Origin: Candidatus Saccharimonadota bacterium
Lineage (GTDB): Bacteria > Patescibacteriota > Saccharimonadia > CAILAD01 > BJGX01
DNA length: 64,000 nucleotides
Reading direction: 5' to 3'
Assembly (NCBI GenBank): GCA_016191105.1
Contig: JACPPH010000002.1
Coordinates: 67,268-131,267, forward strand
The notes under the pieces are model-generated. The model was not told where the DNA came from. It made no database searches and worked only from the letters and a program-made list of their open reading frames with translations. Shown piece by piece: positions 55,690 through 64,000 of this stretch (its first letter is position 1; each line of letters begins with the position of its first letter). The position numbers were made by a program, and so were the translations under genes.

Positions 55690-56541
55690 CTACACAGCCA
55701 GCCACTGACCGGCACCCATGGAGCGGATTTTGCCGGTGATCTCCATAAGGCTTAGTATTGTGGCGACTTGGGCGGCCTCTAGCCCTGTAGTGTCTATAAG
55801 TTCAGCTGTGCTGCAGCTATGTTCGGCTAGAATATCGAGTATTTGAGCTTCCTCTTTGCTATCAGCTTTGACGGTCGGTTTTTTGAGCAAGCCACTTTGT
55901 AGGCCCAAAAGGTCTAGTACATCGGTAGCGTCGGTAATGGCATGGGCACCGTGCTTTATTAGATTATTAGGTCCGGCCGAACGTGGACTGGTAATGTTGC
56001 CGGGCACAGCAAACACATAGCGATTGTTGGTTAAAGCAAAATTAGCGGTTATGAGGGTGCCCGATTTGGCATCGGCCTCGGTAATAATTACCCCAAGAGA
56101 TATGCCTGCTAGTATGCGATTGCGAGCTGGAAAGTTAAACTTTTGGGTGGCTAATCCTGGCTCATATTCCGAGATAATGGCTCCGCCCTGCTCTAATATC
56201 TGCTCGCCAAGCTTTTGATTGCCAGCCGGATAAATACTATCAATGCTGTTGCCAAGCACGGCAATGGTCTTGCCCTTGGCATCGAGCGCAGCTTTGTGGG
56301 CTACGGCGTCGAGGCCATAAGCCAGACCACTAACAATGCAAAAGCCGGCCTTGGCTAGATCATGAGCAATTCTATAGGTTTGCTGGCGACCGTAATCACT
56401 GGGCTTGCGGGTGCCCACCACCGTAATCATTGGCAGTTCAGGGATTTGCCCACGTACATAGAGTTTTTTGGGCACGCTTGCAATATCACGCAAAAGTGGC
56501 GGAAAGTACTTGCTTTTATAATCTACTTCTTGTATATTCAT
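55690..56541 (-). CDS. dprA: DNA-processing protein DprA
   Basis: VVGTR, VSGLAYGLD, FPARNRI, SGTLITA, FAVPG; C-terminal winged helix. Confidence 0.96.
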   Translation of the reverse strand: MNIQEVDYKSKYFPPLLRDIASVPKKLYVRGQIPELPMITVVGTRKPSDYGRQQTYRIAHDLAKAGFCIVSGLAYGLDAVAHKAALDAKGKTIAVLGNSIDSIYPAGNQKLGEQILEQGGAIISEYEPGLATQKFNFPARNRILAGISLGVIITEADAKSGTLITANFALTNNRYVFAVPGNITSPRSAGPNNLIKHGAHAITDATDVLDLLGLQSGLLKKPTVKADSKEEAQILDILAEHSCSTAELIDTTGLEAAQVATILSLMEITGKIRSMGAGQWLAV

Positions 56542-56598
56542 ATTCTACCGCTAACCTGCATAGCATAAGCGTCATTAAATTTCTTGTGGTTAGAGCTA

Positions 56599-56627
56599 TT
56601 GACAAAGTAGTGCTTGTGTGATACCAT
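56599..56627 (+). promoter_or_regulatory. Sigma70 promoter divergent from dprA
   Basis: TTGACA-17-TACCAT with TG. Confidence 0.65.
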
Positions 56628-56633
56628 ACTTGC

Positions 56634-56850
56634 GATCTTGAAATCAGATATTTCCTTCGTAAAGGGAGTACTCTGCTACTCGAGAGTCAACCTAAAACTC
56701 ACCCTCCTTTTAGGTTCTCGGTAGCAGATTACTCCCTTTAATTGCCACGGTCTATAGAATAATTTTTGAGGCCGCAAAATCCCATTCGGGGGCATTAAAG
56801 GGTGTGTAAAACAGACTAGTTCGATTCGTACGGCTAGTCTGTTTTATTTT
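56634..56850 (+). ncRNA. Candidate ~215-nt sRNA
   Basis: Promoter, long hairpin 56660-56740, terminator 56807-56850, no ORF. Confidence 0.5.
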
Positions 56851-57120
56851 GTGTTGTTTTTCATTTTTAAAAATACACACATAAATTACTCATGGCTGCA
56901 GATACTGCAGCGCAATATATTTACCATACCCCACTTTGTTAACAACATGCGAGCATGGAGCGTTTTTAAATTTTGATTTTGTTTGCGCCAGCGGCGCCAA
57001 GGTGCTACGATCGCTACATTTTTAGTATAAATTATAGCCGAACAAAAAGCAAACAGTTTATAGCAACAAATTCGAAGGAGCCCACAAAGTGAGTTCCTTC
57101 GTGAGCCAATCGATAGTCGG

Positions 57121-57571
57121 CTACCAGGGTGAGTTCGAGATCCAGCGACCGGTGGTGAACAAGGTGGTTTGCAAGCTATGGCAGTAGTGATACCATAGCC
57201 CCGAGCGGGCGTGGCTGGGCCGCCACAGCCGGCCGCACCACCTACAAGGGCTGTTCACGCAGCTGGTCGAATCCGACGACGTTGGCGCATGGCTGTCCGT
57301 GGAACTGAACAATGGCTGACTCCTCTCCTGCTTGGGGGTATTCCCCGGCTTGGGTGTAGCGCACCAAGTTGGCGTTAAGGATGCTCTCTCCTAAAGACGG
57401 TTCGAGCTGTAGCTGACAATTGGGCTGCCACATCTTCTGAGTCTCCTCACCCTCGCAGGTTCTTACCTTCACACTGACCAGCACGTGCCCGGGGCTGGTG
57501 AGCATGACTGTGCAGAGCACGCCAGTGGTGAGTGGAAGGCAGTCAACTGCCTCGTGTACGGCCGCTTTCAT
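57121..57571 (-). pseudogene. GC-rich hypothetical gene, probably frameshifted near 57248
   Basis: SD AGGAGG. ORF 57571-57242 stops at CCC TTG TAG; the +1 frame continues PCRWCGRLW..YHYC to 57121, just before hairpin 57072-57101. Confidence 0.45.
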
Positions 57572-57680
57572 GAGTGCCTCCTGGTTGTTTGGTACGACTT
57601 CTTAACTAGCATAACTACCAGCAGGTAAAAAAATAAGTAATACGTTTTGACTCAACGCGGTTTGAGTGAAAAATATTTAA

Positions 57681-58238
57681 CTATAGCGAGCTAGAGGTGT
57701 GTTCCACGCCTTCGGCAAAAGCTTTTTTGATTAGCCCTTCGGTTTGGGCAATTACACCTGGTAGCTGTTCCTCTTCGGCCTGGCCAAAGCGTTGCAACAC
57801 ATAGTCGTGAGCGCCAATCTTGGCTAAATTATTGGTCTTAATACCGATTCGAAAACGCACAAAGCTCTCGCCAACTTTGTCGATAATGCTTTTAAGCCCA
57901 TTGTGGCCACCACTGCTGCCACCAATTCTTACCCTGACTTTGCCGAATTCCAGGTCTAGATCGTCAGAAACTACCCAAGTATCGGTATGGGTTAGTTTAT
58001 AAAAATGGCTTAGAGCTTGCACGGCCTGGCCAGAGTCGTTCATAAAGGTTGTTGGTTTAGCTAAAACAACTTTTTCGTCGCCGACTTGAAATTCAGAGAT
58101 TTCGGCCGAAAACTTAGAGCGCTCGTAGAATTCAAGCTCTTTTAGTTTGGCAATATGATCGACCACCATAAATCCCAGGTTGTGGCGAGTTTTGGCGTAT
58201 TCAGTTCCGGGGTTGCCGAGTCCGACGATTAATTTCAC
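57681..58238 (-). CDS. pth: Peptidyl-tRNA hydrolase
   Basis: VGLGNPG, TRHNLGF, KPTTFMNDSG, GGHNGLKSI. Confidence 0.97.
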   Translation of the reverse strand: MKLIVGLGNPGTEYAKTRHNLGFMVVDHIAKLKELEFYERSKFSAEISEFQVGDEKVVLAKPTTFMNDSGQAVQALSHFYKLTHTDTWVVSDDLDLEFGKVRVRIGGSSGGHNGLKSIIDKVGESFVRFRIGIKTNNLAKIGAHDYVLQRFGQAEEEQLPGVIAQTEGLIKKAFAEGVEHTSSSL

Positions 58239-59557
58239 TTAGCTTCCTTATACTTACTCTTGTACTCTATTGTAATTGGTACGCCGTTAAGATCATAGCC
58301 AGAGCGCAGGCGATTCTCTAAGAACCTGGTATAGCTCCAGTGCATGAGCTTAGGATGGGTGGCAAAAATTGTAAATATTGGCGGTCTAGTGCCCGTTTGG
58401 GTAATGTAGTTCACCTTGGGCCGCCTGGTTTTTACCGCTACCGGTGGTTGCTTGGCGTTGGCCTCAGCCAAGAATTTATTAAGAGTCGAGGTGGTTAACT
58501 TAAAGTCGAGGCGTTTGTGAATGTCTAATATCATATCTTGCAGCTGATTAAGATTTTGCTTTTCGTGGGCCGAGGTGAAAATAAGTGGTGCCCACCACAC
58601 AAACTGTAGCCGCTTAGCAATTACGCGCGACAGGCGTGCCATGGTGGTGCTGTCTTTGTCTTGCACAGAATCCCACTTGGTTACAACCACAATCAGACCT
58701 TTCTTGGCTTCTTTTACGATGCCTAATATGTGTTGGTCTTGAGCTGTGGCTGGTTCGTTGGCATCTATCAATGCAAGACAGATATCGGCCTGCTCAACGG
58801 CTTTTTTGCTACGCAAACTTGAATAATACTCAATGTCGCGACCAATTTTGCCAGGTTTACGAAGCCCGGCGGTATCGAAATAATGAATTTTTTGACTGTG
58901 ATAAGTTAGCTCAAAGTTATTAACATCGCGAGTGGTACCGGCTGTGCTGCTAGTAATAGCCAGTTTATTGCCGGCTAGCGCGTTCAAAAGACTACTTTTA
59001 CCAACGTTTGGGCGACCCAAGATAGCTACCTGGATAGTTGGCTTTTCGGCCTTTTTAGCTTTGGGTATCTTGCTAGCAATGTAATCAAGCAAGTCCCCCG
59101 TTCCCTGCCCATTTAGGGCTGAAACTTTGAATTCAACATCAAAACCAAGCCTGTTAAATCTGTCTTGACTCACTAACTTTTTATCCGACTCCGCCTTGTT
59201 GATTGCCAAAACCTTCGGTTTACCTGTCTTATGAACTGTTTTAGCCAAGGTTTGATCGGCTTGCCCCGGCTCAACCGTGCCGTCTACCAGTAATAAAACC
59301 AGATCCACCTCGCCCAAGGTTTTCTCCAGTTGTTCCATAGCGGCAATTTTGATTTCACCGTCGGGCTTGGTGTAGCCGGCGGTATCGATTACCTCAAACT
59401 GTTGATTTTGCCATTCTGCCACGCCGCGGTTTAGATCGCGCGTAGTATGGGCCGTATCCGAGATTACCGCTTGATTACTGTGCGTTAAGCGGTTAAATAG
59501 TGTAGATTTGCCAACATTGGGCAGACCCACGATGGCAACTTTTGGCAACGACTTCAT
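58235..59557 (-). CDS. der: Ribosome biogenesis GTPase Der
   Basis: Two G domains (GLPNVGKS, GRPNVGKS, DTAG x2) plus KH-like tail. Confidence 0.97.
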   Translation of the reverse strand: MKSLPKVAIVGLPNVGKSTLFNRLTHSNQAVISDTAHTTRDLNRGVAEWQNQQFEVIDTAGYTKPDGEIKIAAMEQLEKTLGEVDLVLLLVDGTVEPGQADQTLAKTVHKTGKPKVLAINKAESDKKLVSQDRFNRLGFDVEFKVSALNGQGTGDLLDYIASKIPKAKKAEKPTIQVAILGRPNVGKSSLLNALAGNKLAITSSTAGTTRDVNNFELTYHSQKIHYFDTAGLRKPGKIGRDIEYYSSLRSKKAVEQADICLALIDANEPATAQDQHILGIVKEAKKGLIVVVTKWDSVQDKDSTTMARLSRVIAKRLQFVWWAPLIFTSAHEKQNLNQLQDMILDIHKRLDFKLTTSTLNKFLAEANAKQPPVAVKTRRPKVNYITQTGTRPPIFTIFATHPKLMHWSYTRFLENRLRSGYDLNGVPITIEYKSKYKEAK

Positions 59558-60684
59558 TGTGCAACCCTCCCAGCCGTTGCAAGATCAGCCGTCATTGAGC
59601 TTATTCTGGCATTAAAGCAATCAGCAAGTGAAGATAGCTTTGATACTCGGTGTTCGAGGACTGTTTGAGCCCCGACGGCACCGTCGGGGCGAGTTCCACA
59701 AGAACCCGAAGTTAAAGCCATCTGAATGCTGCTGAATTGTGTCCATGCCGGCAGTTTTGGCTTAACTTTTTGCTGCCAAAAAGTAAGTCGGCCGTTCAGG
59801 CCGAAAGCTGAGTCTTGTCCTGTGCGGACAGCACTTCTTTGTGGCCAAAGAAGCAAAGCCTCCGACATAGGCTCAAAGATCAAACACTGCCCGGCCTTGT
59901 CTGTAAACCCCGTTTTAATACCATATATATAGGGCACGCTCAGGTCTTGATTGGTAGTGGTTAGTTTGTACTGTTTGCCACTCTGAGCGGTGATTGTACT
60001 TTTTTGGGACTTTATAGTATCGCGAAACATCTTGCTATTCAAAAGTATACTGCTTAGCTTTTGCAGATCTTTGGCTGAGGCATAGTGGTTGGGCGTGTCT
60101 AGACCGCTAACGCTATTAAACTGACTATTTTCTAAGTCCCAGGCTTTGGCTGACTGGTTCATTTTGGCCGTAAAACCCTCGATCGAGCCAGCATCCCAGA
60201 CAGCCAAAGCATTGGCGCTGTCGTTGGCTGATTGGATTAGCAGCGCTTGTAACATCTGCTCAACTGTAAACTTCTCGCCCGGCTGAAACCCTAGAGCCTC
60301 ATCAGCCGCGCCCAGAGCTGGTAAGCCGTCTGGAATTGTAACTACATCATCTGGTTTGTGCGATTGCATTATTACCAGTGCGGTCATAAGCTTGGTTAGC
60401 GAAGCCATGGGCAGCTTGGCGTTGTCGTTTTTTTGGTACAGATATTTGCCACTACCTACATCGTAAACAAGGGCGGCCTTGGCGGCAACGGCTGGATCGG
60501 TAGCACTGGCTTTGCGCTCAGGCATGGGCTGGTATTTAGCGGCCTCAAAAACTTGGCTGTAGTTAAGCTTGCCAGCCGAAGACAGCGAGGTCAACCAATC
60601 TTGAGCTTTAGCTATCAGCCCGTTGGGGCTAATTTGAACCTGCACAACTATCAGTAGCAACACCAACCAACTAACAACAAACAC
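59554..60684 (-). CDS. dacA: D-Ala-D-Ala carboxypeptidase (S11) with aberrant C-terminus
   Basis: ASLTK, SAND, KTG; resemblance to the family ends at AGQCLI (~59880). Confidence 0.85.
   Translation of the reverse strand: MFVVSWLVLLLIVVQVQISPNGLIAKAQDWLTSLSSAGKLNYSQVFEAAKYQPMPERKASATDPAVAAKAALVYDVGSGKYLYQKNDNAKLPMASLTKLMTALVIMQSHKPDDVVTIPDGLPALGAADEALGFQPGEKFTVEQMLQALLIQSANDSANALAVWDAGSIEGFTAKMNQSAKAWDLENSQFNSVSGLDTPNHYASAKDLQKLSSILLNSKMFRDTIKSQKSTITAQSGKQYKLTTTNQDLSVPYIYGIKTGFTDKAGQCLIFEPMSEALLLWPQRSAVRTGQDSAFGLNGRLTFWQQKVKPKLPAWTQFSSIQMALTSGSCGTRPDGAVGAQTVLEHRVSKLSSLADCFNARISSMTADLATAGRVAQ
59581..59882. repeat. Composite palindromic element (MITE-like) in the dacA 3' end
   Basis: AAGATCA at both ends, imperfect subterminal inverted repeats, several internal hairpins, 60-bp similarity to 33843-33901. 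Confidence 0.6.
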
Positions 60685-61394
60685 TACAAAACCTCATTGG
60701 GCTTAATAATTTTGTGTTTCCCTGTGCCCAAATTACTCAAGCTCAACCCCCCCAAAGACACTCGCTCCAGAACCTTTACGGTGTAACCCAGGTCGGCTAA
60801 GGTGCGGCGGATTTGGCGATTACGACCCTCATGCAGGCTAAGCCGCCAGCGCGTAGAGGTGATTTTGCTCAAACTATCAAACTTGCTAATTCCGTCATTG
60901 AGCTTAACACCCATAACTAGCCTTTTTTGGTCACCGGCCGCCAGTGGCTTATCGAGGCCTACTACATATTCCTTGGGCTTTTGGGTTGAGGGGTGGCTAA
61001 GCTTTTGCACCAAGTCTCCATCGGAGCTTAAAATCACCAAGCCAGAGCTATCTTTGTCGAGACGACCGGCGATCTTAAGGTGCGCAAAATTCCGAGGCAG
61101 CAGGCTAAAAATAGTTGGACTATCGCCCTGTTGGGCGTGCGAGCAAATATAACCAACCGGCTTATTGAGAGCCACAACTAAACCACTATCGTGAAACTTG
61201 GCCCCACGGCCAGTTACAGAAACAATATTATTGCTAGTTACGGTGGTGGCTAGGTTATTGATGGTTTTGCCGCCAACTCGAACCTTGCCAGAGCTAATTA
61301 ACTCATCGCCAGCCCGCCGGGAGTTTACAAAACCTAGTTGCACCAAGCGCTTATTAAGTCGAATTTTTTCTGGCTCGCTCAACCTACCCTCCAA
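60684..61394 (-). CDS. RsuA/RluB family rRNA pseudouridine synthase
   Basis: S4 domain, LNKPVG, GRLDKDSSGL, EGRNRQIRR. Confidence 0.93.
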   Translation of the reverse strand: MEGRLSEPEKIRLNKRLVQLGFVNSRRAGDELISSGKVRVGGKTINNLATTVTSNNIVSVTGRGAKFHDSGLVVALNKPVGYICSHAQQGDSPTIFSLLPRNFAHLKIAGRLDKDSSGLVILSSDGDLVQKLSHPSTQKPKEYVVGLDKPLAAGDQKRLVMGVKLNDGISKFDSLSKITSTRWRLSLHEGRNRQIRRTLADLGYTVKVLERVSLGGLSLSNLGTGKHKIIKPNEVL

Positions 61395-61400
61395 TTTTAA

Positions 61401-62711
61401 CTAGGGAGTCAAACGATTAATATCGCGCGGGAACAGGGTGGCTTCTTTGACGTTCTTGAGACCCAGTGTTAACTGGACAAAACGGTCTATGCCAAAACCA
61501 AACCCACCATGCGGTGGCAATCCAAATTCAAATGCGCTCAGATAATGTCTAAACCCAGGATGCTTGGGATCTATGCCAGCAGCCGTGATCTGTTCCACGA
61601 GCTTTTCATGGCGATGTTCTCGCTGTGGTACGGTTGCAATCTCGACACCTCTAAATAGCAGGTCAGAGCTTAGGGCGGTTTTGTCATTTTCGGGATTTTC
61701 CATGTGGTAGAACTTCATAGCCTCTTTTGGCAGATCGGTTACAAATACTGCCTCACAGCCATCGTTCTTTTTGGCATATTCACAGATCCAGCGTTCTTCG
61801 TCTGGGCGCAGATCTTTTTCGCCCACAGTATTTTCGTTGTTGGCCTTGCTGTACATTTCGTGCACCTGCGCTACCGTGTAGCGAGGAAATTCCCTGGTTA
61901 GTTTTAGCTCAGGAGAATTTAACTTTTTGAGAAGTTCGGCCTGTTCTTTGTATAGCTTTTCGAGTGTATCACGAACTAGGTCTTGAGCCAAATCCAGAAC
62001 ATCTTTGTAAGAGTCTATAAACCCAACCTCAACATCTAGCATTGTAACCTCGCTCATATGTCGGGTAGTAGCACTTGGTTCGGCACGATAGGCTTGACCA
62101 ATCTCAAAGACTCGCTCAAACACACCAACCATCATTTGCTTGTAAAGCTGCGGACTTTGAGCCAAAGTAGCCTCCTGGCCAAAGTAGTCTAGCTTAAATA
62201 CCTCGGCGCCACCTTCGGCCGATCCTGCCACTAGCTTGGGTGTTTGGATCTCGACAAAGTCATTGTTGGTCAGGTATTCACGTAAGAGTTGATTGATATG
62301 TGAACGAGCCTTAAAAATAGCCTGTTCTTGTAAGTTGCGTAAGCTCAGTGCCCGGTGTTCAAATAGAGTGTCTAAATGCTCTGGCTTGTGGCTAATGGGC
62401 TTGTCAATTTCAATTAATGGTTCGGCAGTTACCGGAACCAACACTTCGATTCTAGGGTCGTGGATCTCTACACCGCCCTGTGCTCGCTCTTCTTTTACAA
62501 CTTTACCTTCAATTTTCAAAACCGTGCCGATTTGTAGGCTGCGCAGCTTTTCAACTTCGTCTTTTTGTTCGACCACAATCTGAACTAAGCCGCCACGGTC
62601 GCGTAAACTAATAAAATTAAGGCCGCCAAGCAAACGCTTTTTATGCAACCAACCCTCTATCATCACCGACTTGCCAACAGCTTTGGCAAGTTCACTTGTT
62701 AGAGTTCTCAT
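61401..62711 (-). CDS. aspS: Aspartate--tRNA ligase, short non-discriminating (archaeal-like) type
   Basis: EGGAEVF, LAQSPQLYKQ, YRAE, PPHGGFGFGIDR; lacks GAD insert. Confidence 0.93.
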   Translation of the reverse strand: MRTLTSELAKAVGKSVMIEGWLHKKRLLGGLNFISLRDRGGLVQIVVEQKDEVEKLRSLQIGTVLKIEGKVVKEERAQGGVEIHDPRIEVLVPVTAEPLIEIDKPISHKPEHLDTLFEHRALSLRNLQEQAIFKARSHINQLLREYLTNNDFVEIQTPKLVAGSAEGGAEVFKLDYFGQEATLAQSPQLYKQMMVGVFERVFEIGQAYRAEPSATTRHMSEVTMLDVEVGFIDSYKDVLDLAQDLVRDTLEKLYKEQAELLKKLNSPELKLTREFPRYTVAQVHEMYSKANNENTVGEKDLRPDEERWICEYAKKNDGCEAVFVTDLPKEAMKFYHMENPENDKTALSSDLLFRGVEIATVPQREHRHEKLVEQITAAGIDPKHPGFRHYLSAFEFGLPPHGGFGFGIDRFVQLTLGLKNVKEATLFPRDINRLTP

Positions 62712-62820
62712 TGCATACATTTTAACAGATAAGGACATGGTTGATCAAACCAATAATAACGAAGAAGAGCCCGAAGGACTCTCCCTCGAGCTCGGTTGTT
62801 GCACCGATCTTGGATGTTGA

Positions 62821-63513
62821 TCACGCTGGTTCGAGCACTTGGTCTCGCTTGCCGTCGACGGCCTCTTGTTCGAGGCGAGCGACTATCTGCGGTGAGACCA
62901 GTGGTTCGAACATGGGCTCTGCCTCTGGTGCTGCCACCTGTTCCTCTGTGGCGATCACCACTAACGGACAGATGCTGTGCTTCTTGGCAACTGCCGTACG
63001 TCCGATGAGCTGGATTGTGTCGCGGATTGGCCGGTTGTGCTGTTGACCAATGCTCTCACGGCTCAACTTCTTGGCTTTCCTCTTCGTGTCGAGCGCCTCC
63101 ATGGCATAGAAGGTCCCCCATAGGGCCGCAAGACTGGCGGTTGAGATACCGACCATTTCGAGAATGGCGAGGAAGTTGACGATCGCCCCAATCAGTACGG
63201 CGACCGTGCCCATACCGACCCCCCAGATGAAGAAGATTCTGCCGGTCACGCTGAGGCTCTTCTTGTGTCGACGACCCCATTTGCCGCAACGACGACTCAC
63301 ATCGCCGACGAAGCTTCCTACCGCTTCTGCCGCGTCGTTGTTGAAGACCCAGGCGATCGGCACCCAGATAACCACGACCCGCCAGTAGTGGCACAGGTTC
63401 TCGCGGTAGTCCGGTTGGTTCTTGTACTCTCCGTGCTGCTGCCAGTATTGGTAGGCTCGGGCGTGCCAGGCGTTGGGCTGCACTGTCCAGGTACCCCTGT
63501 AACTCTGACTCAT
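62821..63513 (-). CDS. Hypothetical membrane protein (GC-rich solo gene)
   Basis: SD AAGGGG before ATG 63513; ENLCHYW, 2-3 TM segments, KHSICPLV. Confidence 0.65.
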   Translation of the reverse strand: MSQSYRGTWTVQPNAWHARAYQYWQQHGEYKNQPDYRENLCHYWRVVVIWVPIAWVFNNDAAEAVGSFVGDVSRRCGKWGRRHKKSLSVTGRIFFIWGVGMGTVAVLIGAIVNFLAILEMVGISTASLAALWGTFYAMEALDTKRKAKKLSRESIGQQHNRPIRDTIQLIGRTAVAKKHSICPLVVIATEEQVAAPEAEPMFEPLVSPQIVARLEQEAVDGKRDQVLEPA

Positions 63514-63591
63514 GTTGCTTCCCCTTGTTGGGTCGGTACTTCTACGAATAGATCTAGGCTTATTAAACACCCAAAACCATTAAAGGGCAAC

Positions 63592-63615
63592 AAAAAAGAC
63601 CCTTGCGGGTCTTTT
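63592..63615 (-). terminator. Intrinsic terminator
   Basis: AAAAGACCC-gcaa-GGGTCTTTTTT on the minus strand. Confidence 0.8.
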
Positions 63616-63632
63616 GAACTTTCTAAAACGAT

Positions 63633-64000
63633 TTAGCTAGCCGGTGCGGCGGGCTCTTCGGGCTTCTTTTCGTCTTTACCGCCCACAACTGGCTCGGTCT
63701 TGGTTTGAGTATCGGCTGGGCCCGATAGTATGCGCTTAATGGCGGCTACCACGTCTTCGAGTGTAACTTGAGATTTTACTAAGTATTGATCAACACCCAG
63801 CTTTTCACCACGTTCGCGATCCTCGGGCGAGCTTAAGGCGGTCATCATAATTACTCGGGTGTGGGCAATCTCGGGTGTGGTACGAATAATGTCTAATACA
63901 TCGAAACCAGAAATTCGCGGCATCATAATGTCTAGTAGTACAAGGTCGGGGCGCTCTTTTACGGCTACAGCTAAGGCCTCTTCGCCATTGCTAGCAGTTA
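63633..64000 (-). CDS. Response regulator receiver protein (5' truncated by window edge)
   Basis: NGEEAL..PDLVLLDIMMPRISG..MTAL..YLVKS. Confidence 0.9.
   Translation of the reverse strand, partial: TASNGEEALAVAVKERPDLVLLDIMMPRISGFDVLDIIRTTPEIAHTRVIMMTALSSPEDRERGEKLGVDQYLVKSQVTLEDVVAAIKRILSGPADTQTKTEPVVGGKDEKKPEEPAAPAS

Noticed and set aside
56634-56850. SRP RNA, tmRNA or RNase P identity for the hairpin RNA
   Set aside because: Lacks the SRP helix-8 motif, tRNA-like ends and RNase P P4 consensus.
59581-59882. Self-splicing intron in dacA
   Set aside because: No group I/II core motifs were recognised, and removing the segment does not restore a canonical dacA ending.
1-64000. CRISPR array, cas genes, prophage, integrase, transposase or rRNA
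   Set aside because: No regularly spaced repeats or recognisable motifs were seen by eye.

Overview
Chromosomal segment of a small-genome bacterium. The gene set points to Patescibacteria (CPR), probably Saccharimonadia-like; this is an inference from the CPR-type conserved hypothetical at the left edge, homodimeric GlyRS, archaeal-type non-discriminating AspRS, reduced dcw cluster, VirB4/TrwB-like ATPase and sigma4-HTH protein. The genetic code is standard code 11. The housekeeping backbone is dnaX, dnaB, ybaB, recR, cysS, recO, glyQS, mraZ-rsmH-ftsL-ftsI-mraY-ftsW-murG-ftsQ, topA, dprA, pth, der, dacA, rluB-like and aspS. Accessory content is a GtrA/GT2/2xGT-C glycosylation cassette, tRNA-Gln followed by a copper/zinc island, and alkylation-repair and oxidative-stress clusters. 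About eight GC-rich solo genes, most with their own promoter, SD and terminator, are wedged between core genes. The most interesting signal is non-coding. Two unrelated GC-rich detox-type genes (a RimJ/RimL GNAT and an ABC exporter) sit behind matching attenuator-like leaders: TTGACA..TGT-TATTAT promoter, ATG exactly 10 nt later, a 34/36-aa peptide containing [S/T]APTF and A-x-R-V and ending S-TAA, an antiterminator strand in the R-V codons, then a terminator hairpin. There are also three candidate structured RNAs, a CutF/CruR-like leader ORF heading the copper island, a palindromic repeat element replacing the dacA 3' end, a free-standing RNAP alpha-CTD-like protein and several REP-like repeats. 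All calls come from reading the sequence; no searches or folding programs were run.
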